NCBI GenBank assembly: GCA_040954595.2
Contig: CM082580.2
Span: forward strand, 4,764,783 to 4,828,782
DNA from: Balanoglossus misakiensis
Taxonomy: Eukaryota > Animalia > Hemichordata
DNA length: 64,000 nucleotides
Direction: 5' to 3'
The notes below the pieces were generated by a model. The model had not been told where the DNA came from and made no database searches. It worked only from the letters and a program-made list of their open reading frames with translations. The translations under genes and the position numbers were made by a program. Within the stretch, counting starts at the first letter, position 1; each line of letters starts with the position of its first letter. This document shows, piece by piece, positions 23,801 through 35,800 of this stretch.

Positions 23801-26800
23801 GAAATGTGTACATGTCTGTTTTAGTTAGATTGGTGACTGAATATATATTCCAGTTTATAGTTTTATTTAAGTGTAAATAAGTTGTCTTATATTGCTTGGG
23901 AATATTTTTCCAGACTTTTGATGCAGCAATACGTGTAGTTTAACCTAAACTGACCCACCCTGTATCTAATTGTATTATTAAGGCTAGGGGAGGGTGATAA
24001 TACTATAGACATCACTGTTTCTAGACTAGAATTACTTGTTGCATTTTCCATGTCTGTTACCTTGTTACCATCATACATCATGCATACAGCATACACCAAT
24101 GCAAATGAGTCCACTTACTTGCCAGTGTTGGTCGAGCTCCTTGTCTAGTCGGTGTGTTGTCATCGGTATCATCTTTGCTCTGTAGCGTCAGGAAATTGGA
24201 CAACTGCTCCACGAGCGACGATTCCAATAAGTCCATGTCTACATCCTGTGAGTGCGACTGGCCGTTTCTTTGCATTTCAGCTTGCCAGGCTGCGGATCTC
24301 AAATCTGACCGCCTGGCATTTCTGGGCACCTGAGGTGTGGCGGCGGCCATGTTGGGGGCAGGCTGTCCCCGCATCGCGCCGTCGTTTTGCATTTCTTGTT
24401 CGAGTGTCTTCCGGTCCTCGTGCACCTCGAGTTCGAGTTTCTCGAGCGGAGTGAGGTATGAGAAACTCGACCGCGGCACGGGGTCCCTCCTCGTCTGGGG
24501 CAGGTGAAAATTGATGGGCGTGGTGGTAGCTGTCGGCGCGTACCCGTATGGGATCGGCAACCGAAGATCGTTGGCAGTGATCTGGCTTGGCAGTGTCCTC
24601 GTCGACGAGACGGAGCCGAGAAATTGATTGGCAGCTGTGGCCCTCTGTTCATTGGCTGGAGTCGACATGAACTGGGGTGTGGTTAGCTGATTGACGTGAG
24701 ATACAGAATGCCGATTGGCAGACGTTGGCAGTGATGTCATAGCTGGGTGCGGCTGATTGGCTGAAAGTGGCAATCCTGGCGGGTTCGTGTGGGGGGTTCC
24801 ATACGGAGAAATTTGATGCGGAGGCACAGACTGATAGTGATACACTGGTCTGCCTGTTGACAGGTACTGTTGCTGTGTCAGTGGCACCATAGTCCTTTGC
24901 ATATATGGGTTGACGTTACTCCTGGCTAGCTGATTGGACACGGCTTGAGATGGGAACACCTGATTGGCCGACTGATTCTGTAACGGCGCACCACCTGGTT
25001 TGGCAGCAGTCGTCGCCATCATACTTCTCGCCAGGTATGAGGCCAAGTGTTGGGTCTGGATGTTGGCGCCGATCGGAGGCGAGTCTTGCAAGGAAGACGT
25101 GGTGTTTCCGCTGAGATTTGGCGAGGATTGCGTGTAACCTGAATCTGTATTGGATGGCGATATGTGTCTGTAGTATTGCAAGCCATTGGCCGGTATGCCG
25201 GCGTATGTCGGACCGTTCTGCATTGGATAATGGTGAGACATACCCATCTTCGGCGTCTGTGATGCTGACAACGATTGGTACGAAATTGGCACGGCTGTGG
25301 AAGGTGAAACGTACTCGTTGTGGGCCTGTGCATAGTTCGCACTCGGGTGGGTCGATTGGTTATAGAAGACGGCGTCGCTGGAAGTCCACCTGGTCTGCGC
25401 GAGTTGCTGCGACGGCGCCGTGTTGTAAGGCCACTGCGTCTGGCTGTACTGAGAGCCGTTGGTCCGATAATCCGGGTTGCCACCACCGGCCGCGACGTTT
25501 CTTGGCGGTCCGTTCAGCATTCCCTCCATGTCGTCGCTGTCGCCGTAGATACCGTACGTCTGGTTCTGGGAGTCTGCGTCATCCGATTGAGGCTGGTGTA
25601 AGTTGGGCATGGAGATGGAGCTCGTGCGTTCGTCGAAGAAGTCCGGCTTCTCCGGACTGATGCTGACGTGCTTCTTGTGCAGGTGTCTGTCACTGGCCGA
25701 CATATCTTTCTCCGCACTGCTTTGCGGCGCGTTGTGGGCTTGATTCAGACCGGCGTCGCTATCTCGCACCCTCTTGGGGCTCGTGTCGCTCATCCTCCGC
25801 GGACTCGCACCGCCCAGTCTCTCCGGGTCTGCGTTGCCACTCCTGTACAGGTGTGTGTCACTGTACCTTCTCCCACTCTTCTTGCGAGTCTTGGGGATTC
25901 GCGGCTTTGATTTCGCGCGCCGCTTTCCCGCGCTTGGGCCGTCTGCGACGTCAGATTCGCTCTGAACACCGACGTGCAGTTTATTCTGTCTCTGATAGTT
26001 CCCGTGCTGGGTACTCTCTGGGGCTGTGTTGCCCTGTGTGCCAGTATATGTGTCATCATACCTGTCTTTATGATCCCCACTCTCGTAGCTTCTATCATGA
26101 TCTTTGTGAGGGGATCCGTGGCCTCCATCATCATCGTCGTCATTTCCTCTTCTGCTGTAATTCTTCCCTGATTTATCTCGCAGTTTCTGTTTCTGCTTGG
26201 GACTGCCGCTGGCCTTGTCCTTAGCGTCGCCGCCCTCCTCGCTGTCGTCATCGTCGTACAGTTCAATGTCATCGTAACCTTCCAGATAATTGGTCTGCCA
26301 CTGAAGTATCTTCAGCAACTCTTTGGGCGACACCTTGTCTTTGTTGAGGAACAGGTATTTCAGCCGCAGGCACCTGTATTGAAGAAACGCATCACATCTA
26401 CTTTGTAAACCACATCAGAAGATAGAAAGTTTTGTGTGGACTGCTTAATATCTTCTGATAACTAAACTTTGGTCTAAAATTACAGTTCTTAATGGCTTGG
26501 TTAGATTCACCCATTGATAAATAGGGATGAAAGGGTTAAAGGTCCAACATCTGTAATATCACAGTGATGAAAAATCCAGCAATAACTGCTTGTTAAATTT
26601 TAAAACTGATAAATGTTCCTTGAAATGTGATTCATGTACTACAAGTACAAATTTTTCCATTGATGCATTCAGTGGTATTAAGGTTTCATGAATACTGATA
26701 AATTTGGGAAAATTTCCACTGATTTTTCTACTGTATATTTTACTGACTGTAAGGAATGCTGTTTACAAAATCAAGAACATGGATTGAAAAATTAAATAAA

Positions 26801-29800
26801 GTACCGTCAAACCTGTCTATAGTGGCCAGTCCAGGCATTTTCCTAAACTGGCCTTTATAGACAGGTGACTATATAAACAGGTAAATAAATTGTACATGTA
26901 AATTGCACAGGGACTGTAACAAAGTGGCCACTATATAGAGGTGGTCACTGACACAGATTTGACTGTAATCAAAATTGATGAAAATGTACAAACAGTATTT
27001 TGAATATCTTTCAAATCTTCTTATAATATTTCGGGTTTCATTTGATATCCAACTGAACTTACCTGTGCACTAACAATCTCGCCTGTGTTCTCACTTTCAT
27101 CTGTTTCACCAACAAGACTGAATCTTTCAATCTCTGCAACTCATCGTTGCTCGGCGGAGGGTGTTTCCGTAGAAACCTCCGACTCTCCTCTCTCCATTCC
27201 AGAGTCATCAGGTACGGGTGTCTGCCATGGTGACCGGACGGCGACACAAAGAATTCCTTGTAGTCCAGCAGCTCCGGTGGCAGGAATGTCAGGGTCTTCC
27301 GGTACCACTGTAGACACTAAATTGGATAAGACATAAGGTTATGACAGCTGGGTTTTTATTATTCAGCACTGACAGCATTTGATATTAAAGGGACAAGGTC
27401 TCTCTTTCGCAGCCCCTTTTCCCTTAATTATGTTTGATACAAGACACCGTTTATGTTATTCTACATGTGGATGTATAGTGAATCAACATTCGACCACACA
27501 CAACTTCCTTCCCGTTTGTAGGATATGAGAGTAAACATCTTGCCCAAATGAATAAACGTTAAAGACTGATTATTCATTTTGGCGAGTTTGTCCCTTTAAC
27601 TCTTTCACCACTATGGTTCAGTCCAAATCCATTGTTTTCAATGGTAAGGTTGGACCTCTACAGAGGGAACTGGGGTTGAAAGGATTTAAGTTCGTACCTT
27701 TTCCATCAGAAGATAGAAGACGTAGCAATGATGCAGTATCTGGTGTCTTCTGTGTAACGAATCTTTGAACTGCTGCAGCACTTTCATGAAGTTTTTGGAA
27801 GTGGCTAAGATGACCGGTATGTTGTAGTGATCTTTGATGACCATCTCGTCAGCCTGCTGCAGTAACGACTCGCCGTGGTGGATCACCTCCTGTTGAGGTA
27901 AAAAAAAACAGGTCATGGTGAGAAATGAATCCTGATTTGGCATTCTCAAAGGGACCATTGAAAGGGTTTTAAAATGTCTCGACTCAAATACTGGCATAAA
28001 ATATTATGTGTGAACGGCTCAAATTGTCCTAAACCGTTTCGGATTTTGGATCAGTTTTGCCGGGCAGACCTGAGTCGGTGTAAGGATTAAAGGTACATGG
28101 TCACCTCTAATTTACATATATGTATGTCCATAAATGACGTATCTGAGTATTCTAATAAACATCTTTCTTTCCTATGTCACCTTCTGAAAATCTGTGACTG
28201 GCTAGATTTCAATTTGCCATGGTAACTGTAGCTACATTTCCATTGGTCGCCGCATACTTTTAACATCTATCCAAACACACTGTGTATGGGACCAAGCCAC
28301 TTCAACTTTTTGTGTGAGGACAAAAAAAGCGCAGCAAAAGATTAATCCTCTGTGTTTACAACTGGCAAATAGTGTCTCTGAAACGTTTCCACTTTTACCC
28401 AGTGTGAACATGGCATAATGTAGCTTTTTTGTTTTGATAAGGTGTTCACACTGCAAATTGCTCCGAGGCTTACCTTGGCTGATGTTAGAAATCCCGTTTC
28501 AAAGTGATGCTTCAAGATTTCCGATCTGCTCAGACTGTCTGGAATTTCCACGTTTGTCTTCAAATACACGATCCCTTTGTTGTTTATCCAATCTATCAAC
28601 TGAATGATTATTAAAAAGAAACAAAAAATGAACGTAAACCAGTGTATCACAACTGGGATCAACAGTGATAGTATGCAAACACAAAAGTTAAATCTGTTAA
28701 AACACAACAAATTTAGTACCAAGAATATTCTGAAGTACATGTAACTCTAGTTGTATTTTCTGAGTTAAACACAAATTTGGGCTAATGTGAACTTGTAGCT
28801 TTTTGAGAGCACTAGTATTCAGTACAACACATCTCTGACACTATTGAAGGGCACTGACATTCAGTGTATATTTGCCAATATGTATGCTGACAAAATCAAA
28901 ATTACCTTACCTGATTGAGATTACTCTCAAACTGTAAATGTTGCAGTGACTGATTAACCTTTCTCATGGTTTTCTGAAACAAGACGTCCGCTTTCTGTTC
29001 GGCCCCGGTCAATCTGTCGTGGTATCGCTCGGTGATGTGTAATATGTCCTTAAACATGGGTTTCTGAGCCATGGCCACAAAGATTGAATTGTCGTCCGGC
29101 TTCTTCAGTTTACTGAGTAAGGAGTTGCACTGGGATAACACAGGTTCTAGTCCCAATTCTCTGTGAAGAGGGAAAATGAATGGTCATGTTCAATTCTGTT
29201 GGATGGTTTATGCCCATCACAGCTTCACTACCTGCAAGTTTACTCTTGCCTGATATTAATAAATCTAAAATAAATCTAAAATGGTTTCACCCTTTATTCA
29301 TTTAGAATATATTCAAACAATGCCTCTTAATATTATTGGCAGAGATTAAATTGTATTCAGTCATCGCCAAGCAGTAACTTGTGAAGTTGTGACCTGAAGA
29401 GGGCGCTATTCAGTGAAGAACCTCTCTCACCCTATAATGTCTTCATTCTCTTGCTGTAGGAGTGTTTTCGTCTGCTGGATTTCCTCCAGGCTTTTGGCTT
29501 TGGGAATGTCGGAGAGCGCAGTCAGTTGTTGGAATGCTGTTGGTATCCTCTTTATCACGTCCTCTGCATCTCTGTAGAATGGCTCAAACACCTGAAATTA
29601 GAGAAAATATTGTGCAATTTATAGTGTTCAACAGAGTGTAAACAACAAAGAATATCAGAATGGAAAATTTGCACAGTTGAGATGAACTGATAATAAAACT
29701 AAACACATACTAGGCTTTGGCCGAACTACTTTTATAAACTGATCTTTTTGCTATCAAAACCTTTGGGCTATAATTGGGAGAGACTTACTTTTCTAAACTT

Positions 29801-32800
29801 GACCCACGCTTGGTGGTCATAGTTCATGTATCCTCCCAAGTCCTGAGTTAAATTACTCTTGTCCACATAGTTGTATAGATCGGATATGTTGTAATGGGCT
29901 GTACTCTGTAACGCACAATAAAAAAACAAATAGAGCATGAAACAGACTGAAGTCTATGAAGTCAGGAAATCTGTGTTCACATCAATGCAACTGTCTCGTA
30001 GCTTTCTGGTTCATGTATTGTTTCGTATAGACGGTGTTGTCACTTGAGTGAGGGTACGTAGCCTGTACTTGAACATGCCAGCATTTTGGTGGAAATATGC
30101 ACATTTCGTTTGACAAGTCGCATCAAGTGTTGCATGGAACATGGTCACAATGCGTATTGTGAGCTCCTGAGGGCACATTCCGAAATAAATCGAAAATCAC
30201 ATAACAGTGGATCAGATGACAGCATTGAGTGGAGTGTTTCTACCTCAAATGAGACCTGATTTTGTTCAAGTTTACACAGACCATGGGTAATTGAAGATAA
30301 AAATGCAGTGAGTTTTACACAACTGAACAATATAACCGGTCCCAAGAACACATACATATAATACAGGAACACGGTGTATATTCAGTACTGTATATGTTAC
30401 CAGTAAACCCTTTCCAGCCTGACCCCCTGGTGACCTACATGTACATGTACAGTTGTATGACATCATCTGGAAGGTTCAACCCAATATTCACCAAATAAAC
30501 AACGGCTATTAAAATGCTCCAGCTCTATATTGTACATGTAGCTACACTGTAAGATATTGGTTACACAATAACATCATAACCATTCACCAAATCTACTTAT
30601 TTTCACATTAATACTTATTTTGTAGCAAGGTGGTTTGTATACATAACAGAAAACGACCAAAGTACTGAGTGAGGCTGATACATCCAGGATTCTACTTCAA
30701 CTTTTACCTTGAATAGTGGTTGTGGCATACTCTTGTATTTAGCCTTCTTGCTTTTGCGTAGTCCAAGTTTGGCAAGCATGTGTTTGCGTAGATCTTTGAT
30801 GATGGGTGAAACTGCATACAGCATTGCCACTGCACCTTTCAACTGGGCCTGTATTGATGGAAAGTAATACAATAATTTATGCATGTGCATGCATCTGCAC
30901 TGAATTTAATGGACTTTGATGTTTAATAAGTTTTATCAAAATATGAAAAGCAGTCACTACATTATTTTTTATGACAAACATGTAGTTCAGTTTATTTTAC
31001 AGAAACATACATGTATAAACTTTGTTTTTTGTCAGACAGTGACTTCCAACCCTGTTGTAAAACAGTTCAAACCCAGAGAAGTGTTCATATCATGAAGGAT
31101 TCCATACAAGTGATGTAACTACTGAATCCCACCAATGGTGGACCACTTCATATTCGGTTGCTATGGCGCCAGGCAGCCATTCCGGACCTAGGCAGCCATA
31201 TTGAAGCTTCACAAGAAAATACTAACAACATTCAACAGACCACACAACAGGAAATACCCACAACACTTTCGACATTAACAAACACCATATGGGGACAAAG
31301 CATGTTCTAAATAGTATTTCAACCTTACCTGAACTGTGTTCAATGTAGCTACAATGACATCAATCATCATTTCATTGGCGCGACTGAAATCGACCACAAA
31401 TCCAAATCCTGCATGTTTCACTTGAGGTCTGGATATGAAGCAGATAATATAATGCTTATTAGGGGAAAAAAGTCTTTGAGAGAATCACACAAAGTTTATA
31501 CGCGCAATAAGACGACACAAAAACATCAGCTAATTCCTAAATGTACATTTACCACACTCACCTTGTTATTGCAATATAGTATTTAATGACTTCTTCTAAA
31601 ACAGTACTCTTGATAATTCCAAATTGTTTGGACGGTATTGTAATGATGGGTTTGCCATCTTGATCTCTCCCTCCTACAATAAAATAAAGTCAATTCATAA
31701 CATTCAAAGCAACACCCTTTGCAGATTGATACAGTTTGAGAATTAGAAAAAATTGAGAAAAGTACAATGCCAAATAGCTGCCACTTTCAGCACTCTCTCT
31801 CTCTGTTTTTGTCTTTCTGTCTGTCTGTCTATTTCTATATCTGTCTCTCTGTCTGTCTGTCTGTATCTGCCAGTCTGTCTGTGTCTGCCTTTCTGTCAGT
31901 GTCTGTCTCCATATGTCTGTCTGTCTGCTTCTATGTCTGTCTCCCCATTCATGTGTACACGTAAATATGTATTATATTATACCAGTATATTGATGGTGTA
32001 AATCACGCTATTTGATTGGTCGAGACACGACACGTGACCGTGATATATTAGCCATATACCACAGTCATATATCATAGTTAAAGAAAATGCCTTTTTAAAA
32101 TGTTTTATGCAAAGTTTCAATATACTGGCATAATATAATAGCAATAAAACACCCCCAGCCATGGTATACCACTCGATTTTGACCAGTTCAACTCCATATA
32201 CGCACTCGCTATCGCTCGTGCGTATATGTCGTGAACTGGTCAAAATCTCGTGATATACCATGGCTGGGGGTGTTTTATTGCTTAAATAGCACATAAAGGC
32301 AGTGCCATGTGAAATTTTTCTAATAACTTGTAAAGTGCACAGATGAAGTTACACTGTACATGTATCTGTAGGGCATAAAGTATCAGATGACAGTGAAGGC
32401 ATTTCATAACAGCTCTGCTTTGGCTCAGAAAATCAGCTTTGCTGTATTGAGTTTCATAAAAAAAAAATCAAATAGCGACACTGTTGTGTCTCGGTCTTTA
32501 GAAAAGAAATGTCGGGGGTCAACCTTGTGACATAAAACATGTGTATGATGTGTACAAAGATTAGACCAATATCAAGGGGTCAAATCTCAAAATATGAGTT
32601 ACGAATGGTCAGCTATGACTATGAAATCTGCTACGAAAACAGTTTAACTTATTCAGTGACAGATTTACATAATACATGTACAGCTACAGGTCCACATTCA
32701 AGACATAATCTTTACCAAATTTTTTTTTACCGTATTAGGAAAAGTTATGACGGAACTCATGTGCATTTACTTCATAAATGGCAAAACAATGGCTTTAATT

Positions 32801-35800
32801 TTGAGTGAAACACAAAACTACAATGTACAAATACTAACAACAGTTCATGGCTGCTCTTCCGTCGGGAGATTACACACCATATGGTTTTTAATGTAACGAA
32901 TTAATGATGTCTTTGAAATGGAATTAATTCAGGAATACTGTGACAGTGTGGACATATCAATGCCAACTTGTACATGTAGGTAACACAGCTTTATTGAAAT
33001 GGAAACATATTTCATATAACAACATTGTTCCCTTGGAAAATGGTGATTAAAAAACACAACTTGCTCTTTTTTTCATTAAGTCATCCTTTACTGCATGTTA
33101 TATTGTCTTGTTTTTCTTGACTGATATCGTAGAAATCAGTATTAATTAAATATTTTTCAAAAGCTTGGTAATCAATGTGCTAATTATGAATGCATCCCTG
33201 CAACAGATTTTTAGAGTATAATGGTTCTCCCGATCTTTCTGAAGTAGTTTTGCTTTAAAGCATATATCATACTCTTGCAGACAATTTTCAAAACTAGTGT
33301 TCAAAACTGCATGTATTTTGGTATTTACACCAAGCAAAAGTTTAATTTGAATGGGATCATCAAATGTTTGGCTGCTCACCTGTCATGATAGCCAGCTCTG
33401 CTTTCATGATTTCCTCCGAAGGCATTGTGGGTATGTGTCCCAACACAGGCGACCCTTCCTCTGAAAGACAAAACACAAGAATCACATCAAGCTACATTAG
33501 AAATACAAAATTGTATCAGAAAATATAATGTAAATTTAATTTTCTGTTTATATATATGCAGTTTTACAATGGCATACTGGAGTACCCATATACATTTACA
33601 TGTACAAACTCTACTCTCTGTCAAAATGGTTTCATTTCCAACATAACGTGCACAGTGTATATGGTTCTCAAAACAGCAAGAGTCCATGGCTCAATTACAT
33701 GCAAATCTATTGTAGGGTAGTTGTTTTTAATTACACCGTCTAAAAATATTTCATGATATTTAATATCACACAAGTAACCTTACTGTGACCCTGCATAAAG
33801 TTCAAAATATTGGTTGAGGCAACATACATGTATGTCTGACATATCACTCTTAAATCTGACATTGCTAAAAAATAATTACTGTAAAAAATTAATTTCATTA
33901 TGCAGTGCAGATTTAACTTATCTATCCAAAACATCTACTGCAAACATATTTTTATATTTTTTCGTGATTCTCAGATTTTACACTGAATTTTCACAATACA
34001 CCATAGCAATTATCGTATCTATTATCTCTATACTGTAGATGTACAACATGCAAGGATCTGAAGTCATCAATATTTGTTGTCAAGGTTGAATCTGTTAACA
34101 TATTAATGTGTCAAATAAAGCAGTCTTTGTTGGTAAACATTTTGCATCATTTTAATAGTCATGTACATGTATAATTGGCTTTTCTAGGTTTTCTATATAA
34201 CAGCTGTTATAACACTTTTTTCCATTTAAAATGATGCAGTAAGTGTTTTTATTATATTGTGTGTGTTTTAACCCAAGCACAGATGTCAGAGACTAATAGG
34301 AAATATTCCCCAAATACAACTGACAGTCAAGGACAGCATACGCTAAACATCTAAGGGTACCCAAAGCACATTAATCATGCAATATGGTGCCAGTGTTAAG
34401 GGCAGACTAAATTTTCCTTTGGAATTAACTAACACCCAGGTAACACAGTGTTATTATGGTATTGTAACTGTAAACATGGCATGTACATGTAACGTGCCAA
34501 CCAGAGTAATAGCCGCTGTTACGCTGTTTGTGAAAATGGTGTCTCTGACTATAATGTCTCTGGATGGGATTTTTGTGTATACAGCACTGAACACACGTGG
34601 CCAGACAAGTCTGAACTTGGGAAAAGATAATCTGGATAATTAATGATTTTTTTCTCTTATTAGTTTCCTATCAGGACAATTCTGAAATCCTTCACACTGA
34701 AATACATGTATCAACTTGCTGGATAGTGCCACTAGGTACATGTAGCAAACATGTAGCTAGTATCTGTCAATGCTATGAATTCACTTTTGTTAATAATGAA
34801 AATCTGTCAATTAATCAATCAGTCAATCTATTAGATACATACATGTACATGTACATGTATACACAAGTCATGTAAATTTACATTGAATATTTTGATGAAA
34901 TACTAACTATTATACGGGATATGCCCAACATAATGAAAATTATTATACACCTATTGCTGTCACCTATAGAATTCCATCATGATCACATATTAATTTCTGG
35001 TATATCAGAGTCCAGTAGCCATGGAAATAAGTTCTGGTAAACACTTTCTCTGTACTATACATGTATACCAGTACTATACAGTGGAAGCTTACATTGTATG
35101 AATTAACTGTCCTGGTTGAACTCATGGCACTCACAGAGGCTGTATCAAATACATGCAATGCGTTTATCACATGCTCAACTACTGGTAATTGCACATTTTG
35201 GCCAATTTCAAAATCAGTGATATAAATTTTCTAATACACCAGCTTCAATACCACACACAGGTTCTACATGTATATTTACAGTGTGTAGTAGAGTTATAAC
35301 TATCAGCACTATTTTAGGTAACTCTTTGCTCAAGTGTTTGTCAGGTTGCTAGGAAACAATTTAGCAGTTGTGGCCTCATCCTTCCTCCATCTAGAACCTT
35401 TGTGGGAAGATGCCAGCTGAGATGACTTGACCAACCTCCCATCAGTACAATGTACATCAATTAGATTAATCACTGGTTATTAGTGCACCGAAGACATATT
35501 TGATGATTTCGTTTGAGGACACAGCCAACAATGCACAACTCAGGACTCAAAATGCAATGCACTGCCCATCCACTTGCCAGATAAATACCTGTCTCACTCA
35601 GAAATGTACATCTGCCAACAAAACACATGTTCATTGCAATTATAATATACTTGACATGAATCCAGCTCGCTGATTGGCTGGAGCTAGGGTTTATAATTAT
35701 AGCTACATGTACATGAACATGTAAAACACAGTCATCGCTTACCAATTATTGTGAAACAAGTGCAAATGACACAAACAAACACTACAAGTTTAGCAAATTC

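Noticed and set aside
24152-26272. Many overlapping antisense and alternative-frame ORFs
   Set aside because: Expected shadows of a GC-rich coding exon with few off-frame stops; no recognisable protein features.
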